Assembly (NCBI GenBank): GCA_963676395.1
Contig: OY781066.1
Span: 608,001 to 672,000 of the forward strand
Direction of reading: 5' to 3'
DNA: 64,000 bases
From: a bacterium
GTDB taxonomy: Bacteria > Fidelibacterota > Fidelibacteria > Fidelibacterales > Fidelibacteraceae
Shown: positions 10,187 through 20,506 of the stretch, piece after piece
Position numbering within the stretch: the first letter of the stretch is position 1
How the letters are laid out: every line of letters begins with the position of its first letter
The notes under the pieces: model-generated
Seen by the model: only the letters and a program-made list of their open reading frames with translations
The model's database searches: none
What the model was told of the DNA's origin: nothing
Made by a program: the position numbers and the translations under genes

Positions 10187-11197
10187 TTAGAATGAGTATC
10201 TTAGTGTAATGCTTTGAGTATTATTGAAAATACCGAAAGGAGTGTAAGAGTAATCAAAAATGATTCCAGCAACACTAACACCAGTTCCAAAAGTCAAACC
10301 GCGCTCATCACGATTTCCCATATAACCGACTCTGGCAAAGAAAAGATTTTGAAATTTATATTCCAGACCTAGGTCAATGTATTCCGGATATGATCTGGGA
10401 TGACTGGCATCCATACTAAATAGCAATGAATGAGCAGGATTTGATTCTTCAAACAGATCCATAAGATCCATTGAAACACCCATAGTGAATGTCAAGGGAA
10501 GCTGAAAACTTTCTTCTTCATACATTACTTCACCAGAGAAGTTTCTAACGCTCATACCAAAAACAAAGCTTTTCCACCCTGTTTTAAAATATGTACCAAA
10601 ATCAAAAGCAAAAGCGCTTTGTACATATCGTCTGGTTTCCACAGAATTGGTACTCTCTTGACGATTTTGAACCAAAACGTTACTTACACCAAGATCCTGA
10701 GTAATCCATTTAACCTGACCACCCACTGAGAACTTAGTACTCAAAGCCATAGCATAACCTAAACCTAAATTAATAGCAGTAGGGTGAATTATGCCTGTTT
10801 CAATATAACCTTGGTCATTTCCCCAAAATTCAGTTGCCTCAATTTCACCGTAATCTACATTTGCCAATGAAAAAGCAACCGTACCATAACGGCCATCACC
10901 CAAAGTCATTGCACCTGAAAATGCATTATGTTTTATATCGGCAATCCAGTTATTATATGATGCCGTCAAATCAATCGCGCTATTCATATAACCTAGAGTT
11001 GCTGGATTGTAATAAATAGCAGCAGAACCGCATTCTACAGAGTTCAACGCACCAGCCATACCATTGGCTCTTGCATCTGAGCGTACGCTCAGAAATTGAA
11101 AACCCGTTTGGGCAATTTTATTGTAATCATTTTCTGCAAACACCATTGAGACGCTTAACAAAATGATCAGTACCAGTACAATACTTTTATGTTTCAT
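10187..11197 (-). CDS. PorV/PorQ family outer-membrane beta-barrel (T9SS shuttle-like)
   Basis: FQFLSVRSDARANGMAG...AIYYNPATL N-terminus, AFAFDFG, terminal RYSF; start moved to MKHKS (GAGG RBS). Confidence 0.85.
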   Translation of the reverse strand: MKHKSIVLVLIILLSVSMVFAENDYNKIAQTGFQFLSVRSDARANGMAGALNSVECGSAAIYYNPATLGYMNSAIDLTASYNNWIADIKHNAFSGAMTLGDGRYGTVAFSLANVDYGEIEATEFWGNDQGYIETGIIHPTAINLGLGYAMALSTKFSVGGQVKWITQDLGVSNVLVQNRQESTNSVETRRYVQSAFAFDFGTYFKTGWKSFVFGMSVRNFSGEVMYEEESFQLPLTFTMGVSMDLMDLFEESNPAHSLLFSMDASHPRSYPEYIDLGLEYKFQNLFFARVGYMGNRDERGLTFGTGVSVAGIIFDYSYTPFGIFNNTQSITLRYSF

Positions 11198-11232
11198 AGA
11201 GATTTCCTCTTTTTTCATTTAGTGAAACTAAT

Positions 11233-12705
11233 TTATTTTACAAAAATCATATTGATGTCTTCACCGGCAAAACTTGGAGAAACTGTCATCAGGTAAAGGT
11301 TTTCATCAAAATTATACATATAAATCACTTTGTCAATATCGGCACTTACAAACAATTCTTTGAATGTGACCCCAGTGACATTGGCTGTGAAGGGATTGAA
11401 TTTCTTACCACCAGTATCAAAATCTTGGATACGCTTATACATTGTAATAGCACCTCTATCTAGAAATACTCTTAAAGTATCAACATCTTCCATATCTACA
11501 ACGTCAAGAATAAAAATTCCCTGAGGGAGATCTTTCTCAAAAGTAAATTTAATACCTTTGTTCATATCAGCAGTTGTGACAATATCCAAACCACTAAGTA
11601 GAGCATTCATTTTGTCGGCATTTCTTAATAGATCAGTAACAGACAACTGTTCATCAGGCCCCCATAGTGTTGAATCACATTGGTAACAGCTATGCAAAGC
11701 TTTTGTAACTGTCGGAGCAAATAGTTTGTCTACAATAGCTCTTGTCTCAGCATCTTCAGTGTACATTGAGTTAAAAATACCTACACTGAATTTGAAATAG
11801 TTTTCAATACCTTCGGGAGTTGTTGCAAACTGGCCCGAAGATTTTGTTGATTCCGCTCTTAACCATCTCACGAAATAGCGACCAACAGGAAGATCATATT
11901 TGATTTTAGCAACAACTTCACCTGATCCACCATCGCCGCGACCACCGAATTCAGCAGCCATTGTCCAGTTAATGCTGTTATCTTTCATAGGTACTCTTAC
12001 ACCATCTTCATCCCAAACTCTCATTGACATGTGTTCATCGAAATAGAATGTATATTCATCTTCGGTTGTAATATCAACATATGAATACAGTGACATAACT
12101 TCAATCGCTTGACAAGTAACTCTATAACGTTTCTCACCTACTTCAAGTACCGGGATATTACCGGTTTTACCATACAAGCATCTAACGGCTTCCGTATAGA
12201 ATTCCATATTAGAGTATGTGGTAGGAATATTGAATATCTGTTCTGCACCGGTTGAATTTATAGTTGAGAAAGTTGCAGCAATTTCTGTTTCAATATCATC
12301 TGTAATGATCACTTCATCAAAACTCTGACCGGTTAACATACTGCTAACAACTGAATCAGTTTTATTTAGATAAAGTTCAATAGTTGATATTGAATCATAA
12401 TAATTTTCAATTGTGGCAAATGCAACGGTACGGTTGGCATCACCATTAACGATCTGTGCTGTAATTTTAGTATTGATAATTTTATCATCAGTAGCATTCA
12501 GCATTAAAGCATCAACATTCTTATCATCAAGAAAATAAGGATCTGTTAATGCAAAAAGTGTTTTACCCGTATATAAACCGTTATCAACGGAAATACATGC
12601 GGCCTTGTCGAAATGTTCCATTTCGTATGTGTCGGTGTTTTCCCATATGGAACAACTTACCAATGCGAACATCACCAACATCAGAAGAATAACTTGTTTT
12701 TTCAT
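11233..12705 (-). CDS. Hypothetical lipoprotein
   Basis: Lipobox ALVSC; GAGG RBS; tight operon spacing. Confidence 0.7.
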   Translation of the reverse strand: MKKQVILLMLVMFALVSCSIWENTDTYEMEHFDKAACISVDNGLYTGKTLFALTDPYFLDDKNVDALMLNATDDKIINTKITAQIVNGDANRTVAFATIENYYDSISTIELYLNKTDSVVSSMLTGQSFDEVIITDDIETEIAATFSTINSTGAEQIFNIPTTYSNMEFYTEAVRCLYGKTGNIPVLEVGEKRYRVTCQAIEVMSLYSYVDITTEDEYTFYFDEHMSMRVWDEDGVRVPMKDNSINWTMAAEFGGRGDGGSGEVVAKIKYDLPVGRYFVRWLRAESTKSSGQFATTPEGIENYFKFSVGIFNSMYTEDAETRAIVDKLFAPTVTKALHSCYQCDSTLWGPDEQLSVTDLLRNADKMNALLSGLDIVTTADMNKGIKFTFEKDLPQGIFILDVVDMEDVDTLRVFLDRGAITMYKRIQDFDTGGKKFNPFTANVTGVTFKELFVSADIDKVIYMYNFDENLYLMTVSPSFAGEDINMIFVK

Positions 12706-12722
12706 TTTTACCTCGACTCTGT

Positions 12723-15077
12723 TTATCGAATGATTATGAATTTCTTAAAGATCGAATCTCCGCGATCAAGTCTTACACCTGTTACATCGCTATAGAAATC
12801 TTCGATCATTTCTAGATGAGCAATATATACGCCACTAACCAGGATCTGTTGCCAATCGGTCGTTAGATACCATGCGTAACCTTCTTCACTTTCGGTTACT
12901 TCAGCTACATAATCGCCTCGTTCAGTGTATATCTTAATTCTGCAACCCGAAGGTACACGAGCAAATAACAGTTTATTTACATTACCAATAAACTGGATTT
13001 TTTCATTTCGAACATTGATAGGATTAGGAACAACTTTTACAAGTTTTTTCATAAGTTCCTTTCTATCGTTCGGATCATCGAGATCATATTGTGAAACATC
13101 AATATCTTCGGGTGGAGCCGGAGGACTTTTTACCGTAGCACCACGATTTGTTCTTGTATAGAACGGAGAAGATTTTAATGCAACACCGGGTTCAATAATA
13201 TTTTGACTTCCATCATCGTAAGAGACAAGATAGTAAAAATAATTCTGACCTTTTAGAGGTTCGGTATCAACATATTCAAATTCCGTATCAGACCCTTCTT
13301 GCTTATAGCTATCAAGACCTTCATCTAAATTGATGTCTGCAATTTCATAATATGTTGAATCCTTTTCAATAAATGCACGATATATCTTAAATCCTTGGAA
13401 AGCTGGTGAAGCTAAGGCTTCGGTTCCATCCCATTGAATCTTTACACCATCTTCAGTTGAAAAGATCTCTACAGTTTGTGGAGGTCTTGGTGCCTGAGGA
13501 ATACCGGCATAAAAATCTGATTTATAAAGATTGATTGCACGACGGAAAGTATTCATCAACGAATCACGACCACTGTAAACCATCGCATCTTTCCAGGCAT
13601 CTCCGGCTGCTTTACCGCTAACAGAAATAGTTGATGTTGGGTTAGCTGGATCGATCAAATCAAGTGTTTCGCCACCATAAACTACTTTATACCACTGCTG
13701 ACCTACCCAATAGGCATAATCATGATCTAAACCGGCAGCACATTCTGCAAAAGCAATCTTGATCTTTTCACCCGGGGCAATCGTATATGGACCAAAAGCC
13801 AACATCTGCGAATAACCGGCAGATCCATTTGCTTTAGAATAATCACCGGCTTTACCATCAAAGGTATCCCAAATTCTTTTAGCGTGATTTGCCCTGTGCC
13901 CACCTTCCATGTGTTGTTCATACTTGTAGGTCATACCGGTTGCATCATATTGATCCAAACCGGCTGTATTTGTATAAGGATGGTTTGAATTAATAAACGA
14001 GCTACCTGTTGGTTGGGCAAGATCATCACTTTTATCACTGGCTGATTTATCTGCATGGACAACAACCATTCCTTTATACTGAGCTGAACCCAAGCGTCCA
14101 TCATTAATAGCGGAGAAGCCATGATGAACCACTGAATTTACATTGGGAGAGCCGATATTATCATAACCAAAGTCCGACCATAACCCCATCCAAGAGGCAT
14201 AGCCGCGCATCCAATTACCTTCATTGTCCTGTGCATCCTGACCTGTGCGATCAACATAAGGAGAAGTAACAATAGGATTGTTTTGATCCATGCCAATTAC
14301 ATCAGTCATCATACTGTAACCCCAACGTACATCACGAACAGATGTAGATATCCAGTTACGATGAGCTGTCGTATATACGCCGTTCCAGCAACCTTCCTGA
14401 GAAATAGCATCACGCCATTGCCAATGAAAGTAAACATCTTCTAATGTTTGAGAATAAACATTGCCATCGGCATCATAAATACCGGTGTTTTCAAACTCAT
14501 ATTCAATAATATGAATATTATCGTAATTCTGCTGTGATACGGCATAAACCTTTTTAACAAAAGTCAGTCCGGTAGATGTATTAACTGTATTGGAAACGAT
14601 GCGATCTGCAAGTTGAGCAGGATTAATTTCGTCAACATCATCGTTCTTTCCATTTGTACCATTCATCATATCGGAGCCTTCGCTTTCATCCACATATACT
14701 TCGGGATGAGCATAACGAGCGCTCATTTTAAGTTCCAGAGGAATAAACTCTCTAATTTCGATATCAGGCACGGAACGAGGACCATTATGAACAACTTTAT
14801 GAGGATATACAAAGCCTTTGACGGGATCGTAAAAGTTCTTTACACCAATCCACATACCTTTAGCAGCCTGCATATCTTGGTCACGATAAAACGAATCCCA
14901 AGTAAATCCCCATTGTTGCTGACCATAGTTAACTTCTTCCCATTCTGTACCGGTATCATAATAGAAGTTCCATAAGGAACCTATCGTGATCCATTTATAA
15001 CGGGTTGCGGCTTGAGTTGACAGAACTGTCATCAACAACAGAACGAATATCAAGCCTTTTCTAAGATTTCTAATCAT
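12723..15077 (-). CDS. Large secreted protein with FN3-like domain and VVPNP...IIR T9SS-like tail; TBDR partner
   Basis: Signal peptide; same architecture as 4747..6969; close paralog of 57655..60009. Confidence 0.75.
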   Translation of the reverse strand: MIRNLRKGLIFVLLLMTVLSTQAATRYKWITIGSLWNFYYDTGTEWEEVNYGQQQWGFTWDSFYRDQDMQAAKGMWIGVKNFYDPVKGFVYPHKVVHNGPRSVPDIEIREFIPLELKMSARYAHPEVYVDESEGSDMMNGTNGKNDDVDEINPAQLADRIVSNTVNTSTGLTFVKKVYAVSQQNYDNIHIIEYEFENTGIYDADGNVYSQTLEDVYFHWQWRDAISQEGCWNGVYTTAHRNWISTSVRDVRWGYSMMTDVIGMDQNNPIVTSPYVDRTGQDAQDNEGNWMRGYASWMGLWSDFGYDNIGSPNVNSVVHHGFSAINDGRLGSAQYKGMVVVHADKSASDKSDDLAQPTGSSFINSNHPYTNTAGLDQYDATGMTYKYEQHMEGGHRANHAKRIWDTFDGKAGDYSKANGSAGYSQMLAFGPYTIAPGEKIKIAFAECAAGLDHDYAYWVGQQWYKVVYGGETLDLIDPANPTSTISVSGKAAGDAWKDAMVYSGRDSLMNTFRRAINLYKSDFYAGIPQAPRPPQTVEIFSTEDGVKIQWDGTEALASPAFQGFKIYRAFIEKDSTYYEIADINLDEGLDSYKQEGSDTEFEYVDTEPLKGQNYFYYLVSYDDGSQNIIEPGVALKSSPFYTRTNRGATVKSPPAPPEDIDVSQYDLDDPNDRKELMKKLVKVVPNPINVRNEKIQFIGNVNKLLFARVPSGCRIKIYTERGDYVAEVTESEEGYAWYLTTDWQQILVSGVYIAHLEMIEDFYSDVTGVRLDRGDSIFKKFIIIR

Positions 15078-15095
15078 TTTTTACTCACTTTCCGA

Positions 15096-18000
15096 TTATA
15101 GATCAATTGACAATTGAACACCCACATAAATACGTCTAGGATTCAAGAACATGTAAGCCGTGTTTGCAGGATTATCAATATAAGCATTGCTTTCAATTAC
15201 CTCTTTGACCACATCATCACTGACGGTCGTAATTATTCCATTTTCGGTACGTGACCACAAACCTGTTTCTTCAACATAATAAATTACACTTGGATCTGAA
15301 ACCTGTGTAGTATTATTAGCAAACTCCATAGGTTGATATGCTACACCACCAGGTCTATAATCATAGTATTTATCTGCAGAAGCTTTGGTACCTTCCGGAT
15401 AATATTCGGGTGAGAGGTGATCCTGATCGGTTTCTTCGTATGCTGCTGTTGGAAAATGCAAGGATTCAATATAATGATCTACCTGATATCCATCAACTGT
15501 AGAATAACCGTTACCGTAAGCTTGTCCAGCCAAACTCAATCTTTTCAAATTAAAAAGATTATCAATCTGCATTAACAAATTCAAGTTAACAGGACCCAGC
15601 TTTAAAGGTTTCATCAGCTTCATATTGCAATAATATGAGTCTCTGATCTCAATAATATTCGAATAGAAGCCTCTTGTTCTGCTTGTATAATACCCGGCAT
15701 CATACCAACTACCATTCACAGAAAGACTCCAGTTACCCAAAAGCTGACCATATTGTGCTGGTGTGCGTAATACAATATTTGCTTTAACCGAAGGAAGAGG
15801 AATGCTCTTTGATTGTTTTTTACTATCTGTATTCTGGATCATCTTAAGATAAGCCTCAGATCCTTCATCTTCATAAACACTTGGCCAATCAAAAGTACCG
15901 TTACTTGAAGATCGTAAATTCAGATTAATAAAACCACGAAGCCATTCGCCACGGCGTTTTTTCAAGGTAACTTCCAAACCGCGAATATCCTGATAGTATC
16001 TATCATCTGAAACATCATAAGAAATACCGTCGATACTCCGGTATGTTGTTGTCGTAGCTTGATTGGTTTTATCTTTATAGTATGCAGCAATGTGCAATAA
16101 ATAATCACTTGTGATAGCTTGATCAAAACCTAATTCGTAAGAAACGGTTTTTTCAAACTGTGTTTCGGGATTACCAATCCATGATAAACTATAATCACCA
16201 TATCGTCTTAACTGGAAATAATAATCCGGATCCATTTTCTGATACATATGACCGTAATTGAAGTATAGCTTAGATGTTTCGGTGATGGGATGCGAGATAC
16301 CAACACGAGGCATCACTTTAAACTGACCTTTTGCTTTACGAGTCGGGAAAGTTGCACTTGCCAAAGAATCATTTAGCGCATAAGGCTTATAAAGATCGCT
16401 TAAAAAAAGTTCATCCCATCCCAATGAATCCATGTCATACCACTCACAATTTGGATTCCAGTATTCGGCTCGAACACCCATCTGTGCAACCAAGCCTTCG
16501 TATTCAAGTTTATCGGTTATATAGGCATCAATTTGAAAAGGATTTTGTACCCACATGGTGTTTGTCGCAGTCGAGGCTGTAAGTGATTTTTCTGATCCGT
16601 AGTTCATATCATAAACCCAATACTGAGCCTGAACTCCGGCCTTGACCTCATTGCGATCATCTATCTGTGATTTAATATCATATTTTGCTTTAATATGTGA
16701 TGTTTTTGTACTGTCATAAGGCCACTGTACATATCCTGTAAAGAAATTAGTTGTTGCATTTGTACGATCCATCACAGTATGAAAACCATAAGGTCTTTCA
16801 TCCATATAAAGGTCAACACCTTCAATACCTGCAAAAATATCATATAAAGTTGTATCTCTTACTTCACCCGGATATGAATTGTAGGCAGTCTGTGAATATT
16901 CAACAGAACCTTCCCAGAACGTTCTTTCATTCACAATACTTTTTAATGTAGCAGCATACATGCTATTAGCACGCTCTGTCAAGCCATAATAGTTCGGATA
17001 GAACAGTCTTGACATAGCCCAACCACCAGAGATGGCTCCAGATCCCGTAGTGTAAACACCCGGAGTACCGGAAAGACTTGTAGCCGTACCGTGATAGCCA
17101 TTTAACATACTAAATAAACTTAGTTTTGTTTTTTGGCTCAAATCACTGGTGACCTTAGCGGTCCAAGTCCAATCTGCATACTTATCTGTCGCCAAAGGTT
17201 GCATGTAAGCGGTCTGATTTGCTAGATATGTGGTAAAAAATCTTAAGTTACCAAGTTTTTTACTAAAAGGAAGAGGGCCACTCAATGAAAAATCTACATT
17301 ATAATTAGGTATTTGTTTTGAGTAAAAATCATCGCCACGGCGTACAAGATATCTAAATTGTTGCTGTAAAGCCAAAGGCGAAAGATCGTTAGTTGGGTCA
17401 TCATCATTCATCAATCCTTCAGATACTGCATTCCAACCGTCAAACTTAGCGTATTCACCTTGAGTATGAGCATCCCAAGCACCATTATCGGTACCTGTCC
17501 AACATACTTCATCATCAAGATATGGTCTCAAGAAAATAGAATTCTCATCATACATTGATGTAACAACATTTCCTGAAATATCTGTCGAAGCAAAGTTTCT
17601 GTTTTGGTAAGGACTGTACTTAATATTTGCGCTTACTCTGATTTTTTCAGGATTACCTTCTTTAGTAACAATACTAACCATACCGGATTGAAGATCGGAG
17701 TATTCTGCAGAAAAACCACCGGATTGAACCATGATCTCTTCAATCGAAGATAAAGAAATATTTGAGATCGGATTACCCGTACGGTTATCTTTCATGGTTA
17801 AACCATCAACTAACAATGTCGTTTCATCAAGATCTCCGGCACGAACCTCCAAACCACTCATACCAGCTTCCATACCAATAACATCTTCAATGTCTGTAGC
17901 TGGAAGATCCATAATCTCATCTTTACTGATATTCAACTGACTGGAAGCAACATCAACCTGAACCGGCTTACGTTCTGCGGTTACAACGATCTCTTGACCT

Positions 18001-18320
18001 TTAAATGCTTGAACTTGAAGATCAAAATCTAACAATGTAGTCAAATCAATGTTTATCGCCACTTCTTGTTTTACAACTTTCGCATAGCCGATATAGGTGG
18101 CTGTTACTTCATATTCTCCCGGGGGAATATTAAGGATAACATAGTACCCCTCAGCATTTGCCGCCGCACCCATTGATGTACCAGCCAGCAATACATTGGC
18201 GCCGGCCATCGGCTCCCCTGTTGCTGCATCGCGGACAACACCGGAAAGTTTACCGGTAGTACCAGCGAATGCTATACTGATAATCATTAGCATTACGACT
18301 AATAATTTTTTTAGCCTCAT
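15096..18320 (-). CDS. TonB-dependent receptor
   Basis: Carboxypeptidase-regulatory-like N-domain, plug (GGFSAEYSDLQSGMVSIVTKEG), barrel motifs (MPRVGISHPI, YFNYGH), terminal NPRRIYVGVQLSIDL. Confidence 0.92.
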   Translation of the reverse strand: MRLKKLLVVMLMIISIAFAGTTGKLSGVVRDAATGEPMAGANVLLAGTSMGAAANAEGYYVILNIPPGEYEVTATYIGYAKVVKQEVAINIDLTTLLDFDLQVQAFKGQEIVVTAERKPVQVDVASSQLNISKDEIMDLPATDIEDVIGMEAGMSGLEVRAGDLDETTLLVDGLTMKDNRTGNPISNISLSSIEEIMVQSGGFSAEYSDLQSGMVSIVTKEGNPEKIRVSANIKYSPYQNRNFASTDISGNVVTSMYDENSIFLRPYLDDEVCWTGTDNGAWDAHTQGEYAKFDGWNAVSEGLMNDDDPTNDLSPLALQQQFRYLVRRGDDFYSKQIPNYNVDFSLSGPLPFSKKLGNLRFFTTYLANQTAYMQPLATDKYADWTWTAKVTSDLSQKTKLSLFSMLNGYHGTATSLSGTPGVYTTGSGAISGGWAMSRLFYPNYYGLTERANSMYAATLKSIVNERTFWEGSVEYSQTAYNSYPGEVRDTTLYDIFAGIEGVDLYMDERPYGFHTVMDRTNATTNFFTGYVQWPYDSTKTSHIKAKYDIKSQIDDRNEVKAGVQAQYWVYDMNYGSEKSLTASTATNTMWVQNPFQIDAYITDKLEYEGLVAQMGVRAEYWNPNCEWYDMDSLGWDELFLSDLYKPYALNDSLASATFPTRKAKGQFKVMPRVGISHPITETSKLYFNYGHMYQKMDPDYYFQLRRYGDYSLSWIGNPETQFEKTVSYELGFDQAITSDYLLHIAAYYKDKTNQATTTTYRSIDGISYDVSDDRYYQDIRGLEVTLKKRRGEWLRGFINLNLRSSSNGTFDWPSVYEDEGSEAYLKMIQNTDSKKQSKSIPLPSVKANIVLRTPAQYGQLLGNWSLSVNGSWYDAGYYTSRTRGFYSNIIEIRDSYYCNMKLMKPLKLGPVNLNLLMQIDNLFNLKRLSLAGQAYGNGYSTVDGYQVDHYIESLHFPTAAYEETDQDHLSPEYYPEGTKASADKYYDYRPGGVAYQPMEFANNTTQVSDPSVIYYVEETGLWSRTENGIITTVSDDVVKEVIESNAYIDNPANTAYMFLNPRRIYVGVQLSIDL

Positions 18321-18411
18321 TTAACAACTCCTTAGTATGTTTAAATTTGATTTAAGCCGTTATTTTTTTAGTACTTATAACAATTTTCTTCAACAAATAT
18401 TCAATCAAATT

Positions 18412-18440
18412 AATTTATAGCATAAAACAAAGTTTGTCAA
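18412..18440 (-). promoter_or_regulatory. Sigma70-type promoter of the TBDR operon
   Basis: TTGACA-N17-TAAATT, starting just after the dnaX stop. Confidence 0.55.
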
Positions 18441-18444
18441 CTCA

Positions 18445-20127
18445 TTATACCAATTCAGCATCAAAACTTGAAATGATTTGCTTTGCCGCATCATCTAGTT
18501 CTTTTTTCTTGATTACCCTCTGAGAATCTGTCACTTTCTTTTTTACAATCGTTAACGTTATATCAACATGAATCTTATCTTTTATCTTCTCACAGATCTC
18601 TCGTTCATTCTTCTCCAGCATACTCTTTGCCAAGTCGTCTTCAACACTCAACTTAAGCTCTTTTCCGCTAGCATCTACAATACCCGCGGCACTAAGCATA
18701 GTTGCTAGAGATGGCTTTCGCTCTGAAAGGTCCCGAACAATCGCCTCCCAATTCTTCTTGATAACATCTACATCAATCGTTGAGGTGCTAATTCCCTCTA
18801 CCGCAGGTTTTTCTTTTTTCTCTTCATTCTGCGATACAGTCGCTTGGACTTCGCTTGCAGGTACTGTCTTTCGATTTAAAATAGGACTCACATAAGCGCT
18901 GACTGCCTCACTTTTGGCTTCCGGCTTCTGACTTACCGGTTGTGGTTTCTGACTACCGAGAGCAGTTTTCTTTTCCGCAACAGGATGCGCCATATGTTCT
19001 GTGCTTTGCACCTGCCCAATAACTTCATCCAATTGTTGTAGATCATTGAGTTTAGATAGCTTTATAAATAAAGTTTCTACCAATATCTTTACATTAGCAG
19101 ACTTTGAAATACGGGCCAACTCATCATTAACAATGGATAACATTCTTATTAATGCATGTTCGTCCTGCCCCATGGCCATCTCAGCATATTCTTTTTTAAG
19201 GTTTTCAGCCGTATTTAAGATATCTGCTGAACCACTGGCCTTTACCATATATAAATCGCGTAAAAAATTCGAGAACATGGTCACAAATTCCACCAGATCA
19301 TAACCTTGCATTAGCATATCATTAATCAAGTTCAATGCAATATCGGCTCGACCAGCAGCTAAAGCTTTGAACATATCAAAAAAGATCTCTTCTCTGATCA
19401 CCCCCAAAATACTTAAAATAGACTCATAGCTGATCTCTTCATTAGAGAATGCAATAACCTGTTCAAGAATACTCTCACTGTCACGAATACTTCCATCACC
19501 TTTTTTAGCAATCAGCAACAAGGAATCTTCATCAATTTTAATCCCTTCCTGCTCAGCAATATTTCGCAGTAAATCCATAACTTGCGATAATGGAATGCGT
19601 TTAAATTCAAATCGTTGGCATCGACTTAAAATTGTAGGCAGCACTTTATGTAATTCAGTGGTAGCAAATATAAATAGGATATGTTTTGGTGGCTCTTCCA
19701 AGGTTTTCAACAAAGCATTAAAAGCATCTTTTGTGATCTGATGAAACTCATCAATAATATAAACTTTGTATTTGCCTCGTGTGGGAGGATATTTTACCTG
19801 CTCCCTAAGGTCGCGAATACTATCAATACCGCGATTTGAGGCGCCATCGATTTCCAATACATCCAAGCTGCGCCCTTCAGTGATCTCTCGACAACTAACA
19901 CATTCGTTGCATGGATTTCCGTCTTTGGGATTTTCACAGTTTACCATTTTGGCAAGAAGTCTTGCCGTCGTTGTTTTCCCGGTACCCCTGGGTCCCGAAA
20001 AAATATAAGCATGACCTAAACGGCCTTTTTCAATAGCATTTTTTAATGTTAAAGTGATATGATCCTGACCAATAACATCCTCAAAGCGCTGAGGACGATA
20101 TTTCAACGAGATAACTTGATGACTCAT
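18445..20127 (-). CDS. dnaX: DNA polymerase III subunit gamma/tau
   Basis: KYRPQRFEDVIGQ, Walker A GPRGTGKTT, Zn motif C-x7-PCNECVSC, EIDGASNRGID, IIDE, SRC. Confidence 0.98.
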   Translation of the reverse strand: MSHQVISLKYRPQRFEDVIGQDHITLTLKNAIEKGRLGHAYIFSGPRGTGKTTTARLLAKMVNCENPKDGNPCNECVSCREITEGRSLDVLEIDGASNRGIDSIRDLREQVKYPPTRGKYKVYIIDEFHQITKDAFNALLKTLEEPPKHILFIFATTELHKVLPTILSRCQRFEFKRIPLSQVMDLLRNIAEQEGIKIDEDSLLLIAKKGDGSIRDSESILEQVIAFSNEEISYESILSILGVIREEIFFDMFKALAAGRADIALNLINDMLMQGYDLVEFVTMFSNFLRDLYMVKASGSADILNTAENLKKEYAEMAMGQDEHALIRMLSIVNDELARISKSANVKILVETLFIKLSKLNDLQQLDEVIGQVQSTEHMAHPVAEKKTALGSQKPQPVSQKPEAKSEAVSAYVSPILNRKTVPASEVQATVSQNEEKKEKPAVEGISTSTIDVDVIKKNWEAIVRDLSERKPSLATMLSAAGIVDASGKELKLSVEDDLAKSMLEKNEREICEKIKDKIHVDITLTIVKKKVTDSQRVIKKKELDDAAKQIISSFDAELV

Positions 20128-20153
20128 AAATTTTTCCCTGCTTACAAAATAAA

Positions 20154-20255
20154 AAGACCCCAGGATACTTATCGCTCAGAATATACGCTTACCGCTGCTT
20201 CCTTCCAGACCTGACGGGGTTCGGCACATACGCTGCCGAAAAGGCCTGAGGTCTT
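20154..20255 (-). ncRNA. ffs: Signal recognition particle RNA (small bacterial type)
   Basis: Minus strand reads GAACCCCGTCAGGTCTGGAAGGAAGCAGCGGTAAG (SRP domain IV); complementary ends AGACCTCAGG/CCTGGGGTCT; classic position upstream of dnaX. Confidence 0.93.
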
Positions 20256-20433
20256 CGGAAAATACTCAATAGACAAGGATAAAACAATTGATTTTTCGAT
20301 AAGAGATAAAACAAATTCCAATATCCAATTTTAATTAATTATTGATCATTCTCCATCCCTTTCTATTGTTCGATTATCATCGCTATTCCAAGCAGAAGCC
20401 CCTTCCAATCACATCTGAAAAATTCCATCTTAC

Positions 20434-20469
20434 AAAAAAAATCCCCCGGCCGAGAGGTCGGGAGATTTT
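20434..20469 (-). terminator. Rho-independent terminator after the symporter gene
   Basis: Minus strand ATCTCCCGACC-tctc-GGCCGGGGGAT followed by a T-tract. Confidence 0.75.
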
Positions 20470-20506
20470 CCTTCATATACTTCCCTACTTATAACTTATT
20501 TTATAC

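Noticed and set aside
18537..18546. In-frame A AAA AAG slippery heptamer in dnaX (VKKK)
   Set aside because: It lies ~30 codons from the C-terminus, far beyond where a gamma-producing frameshift would be, and I see no stimulatory hairpin
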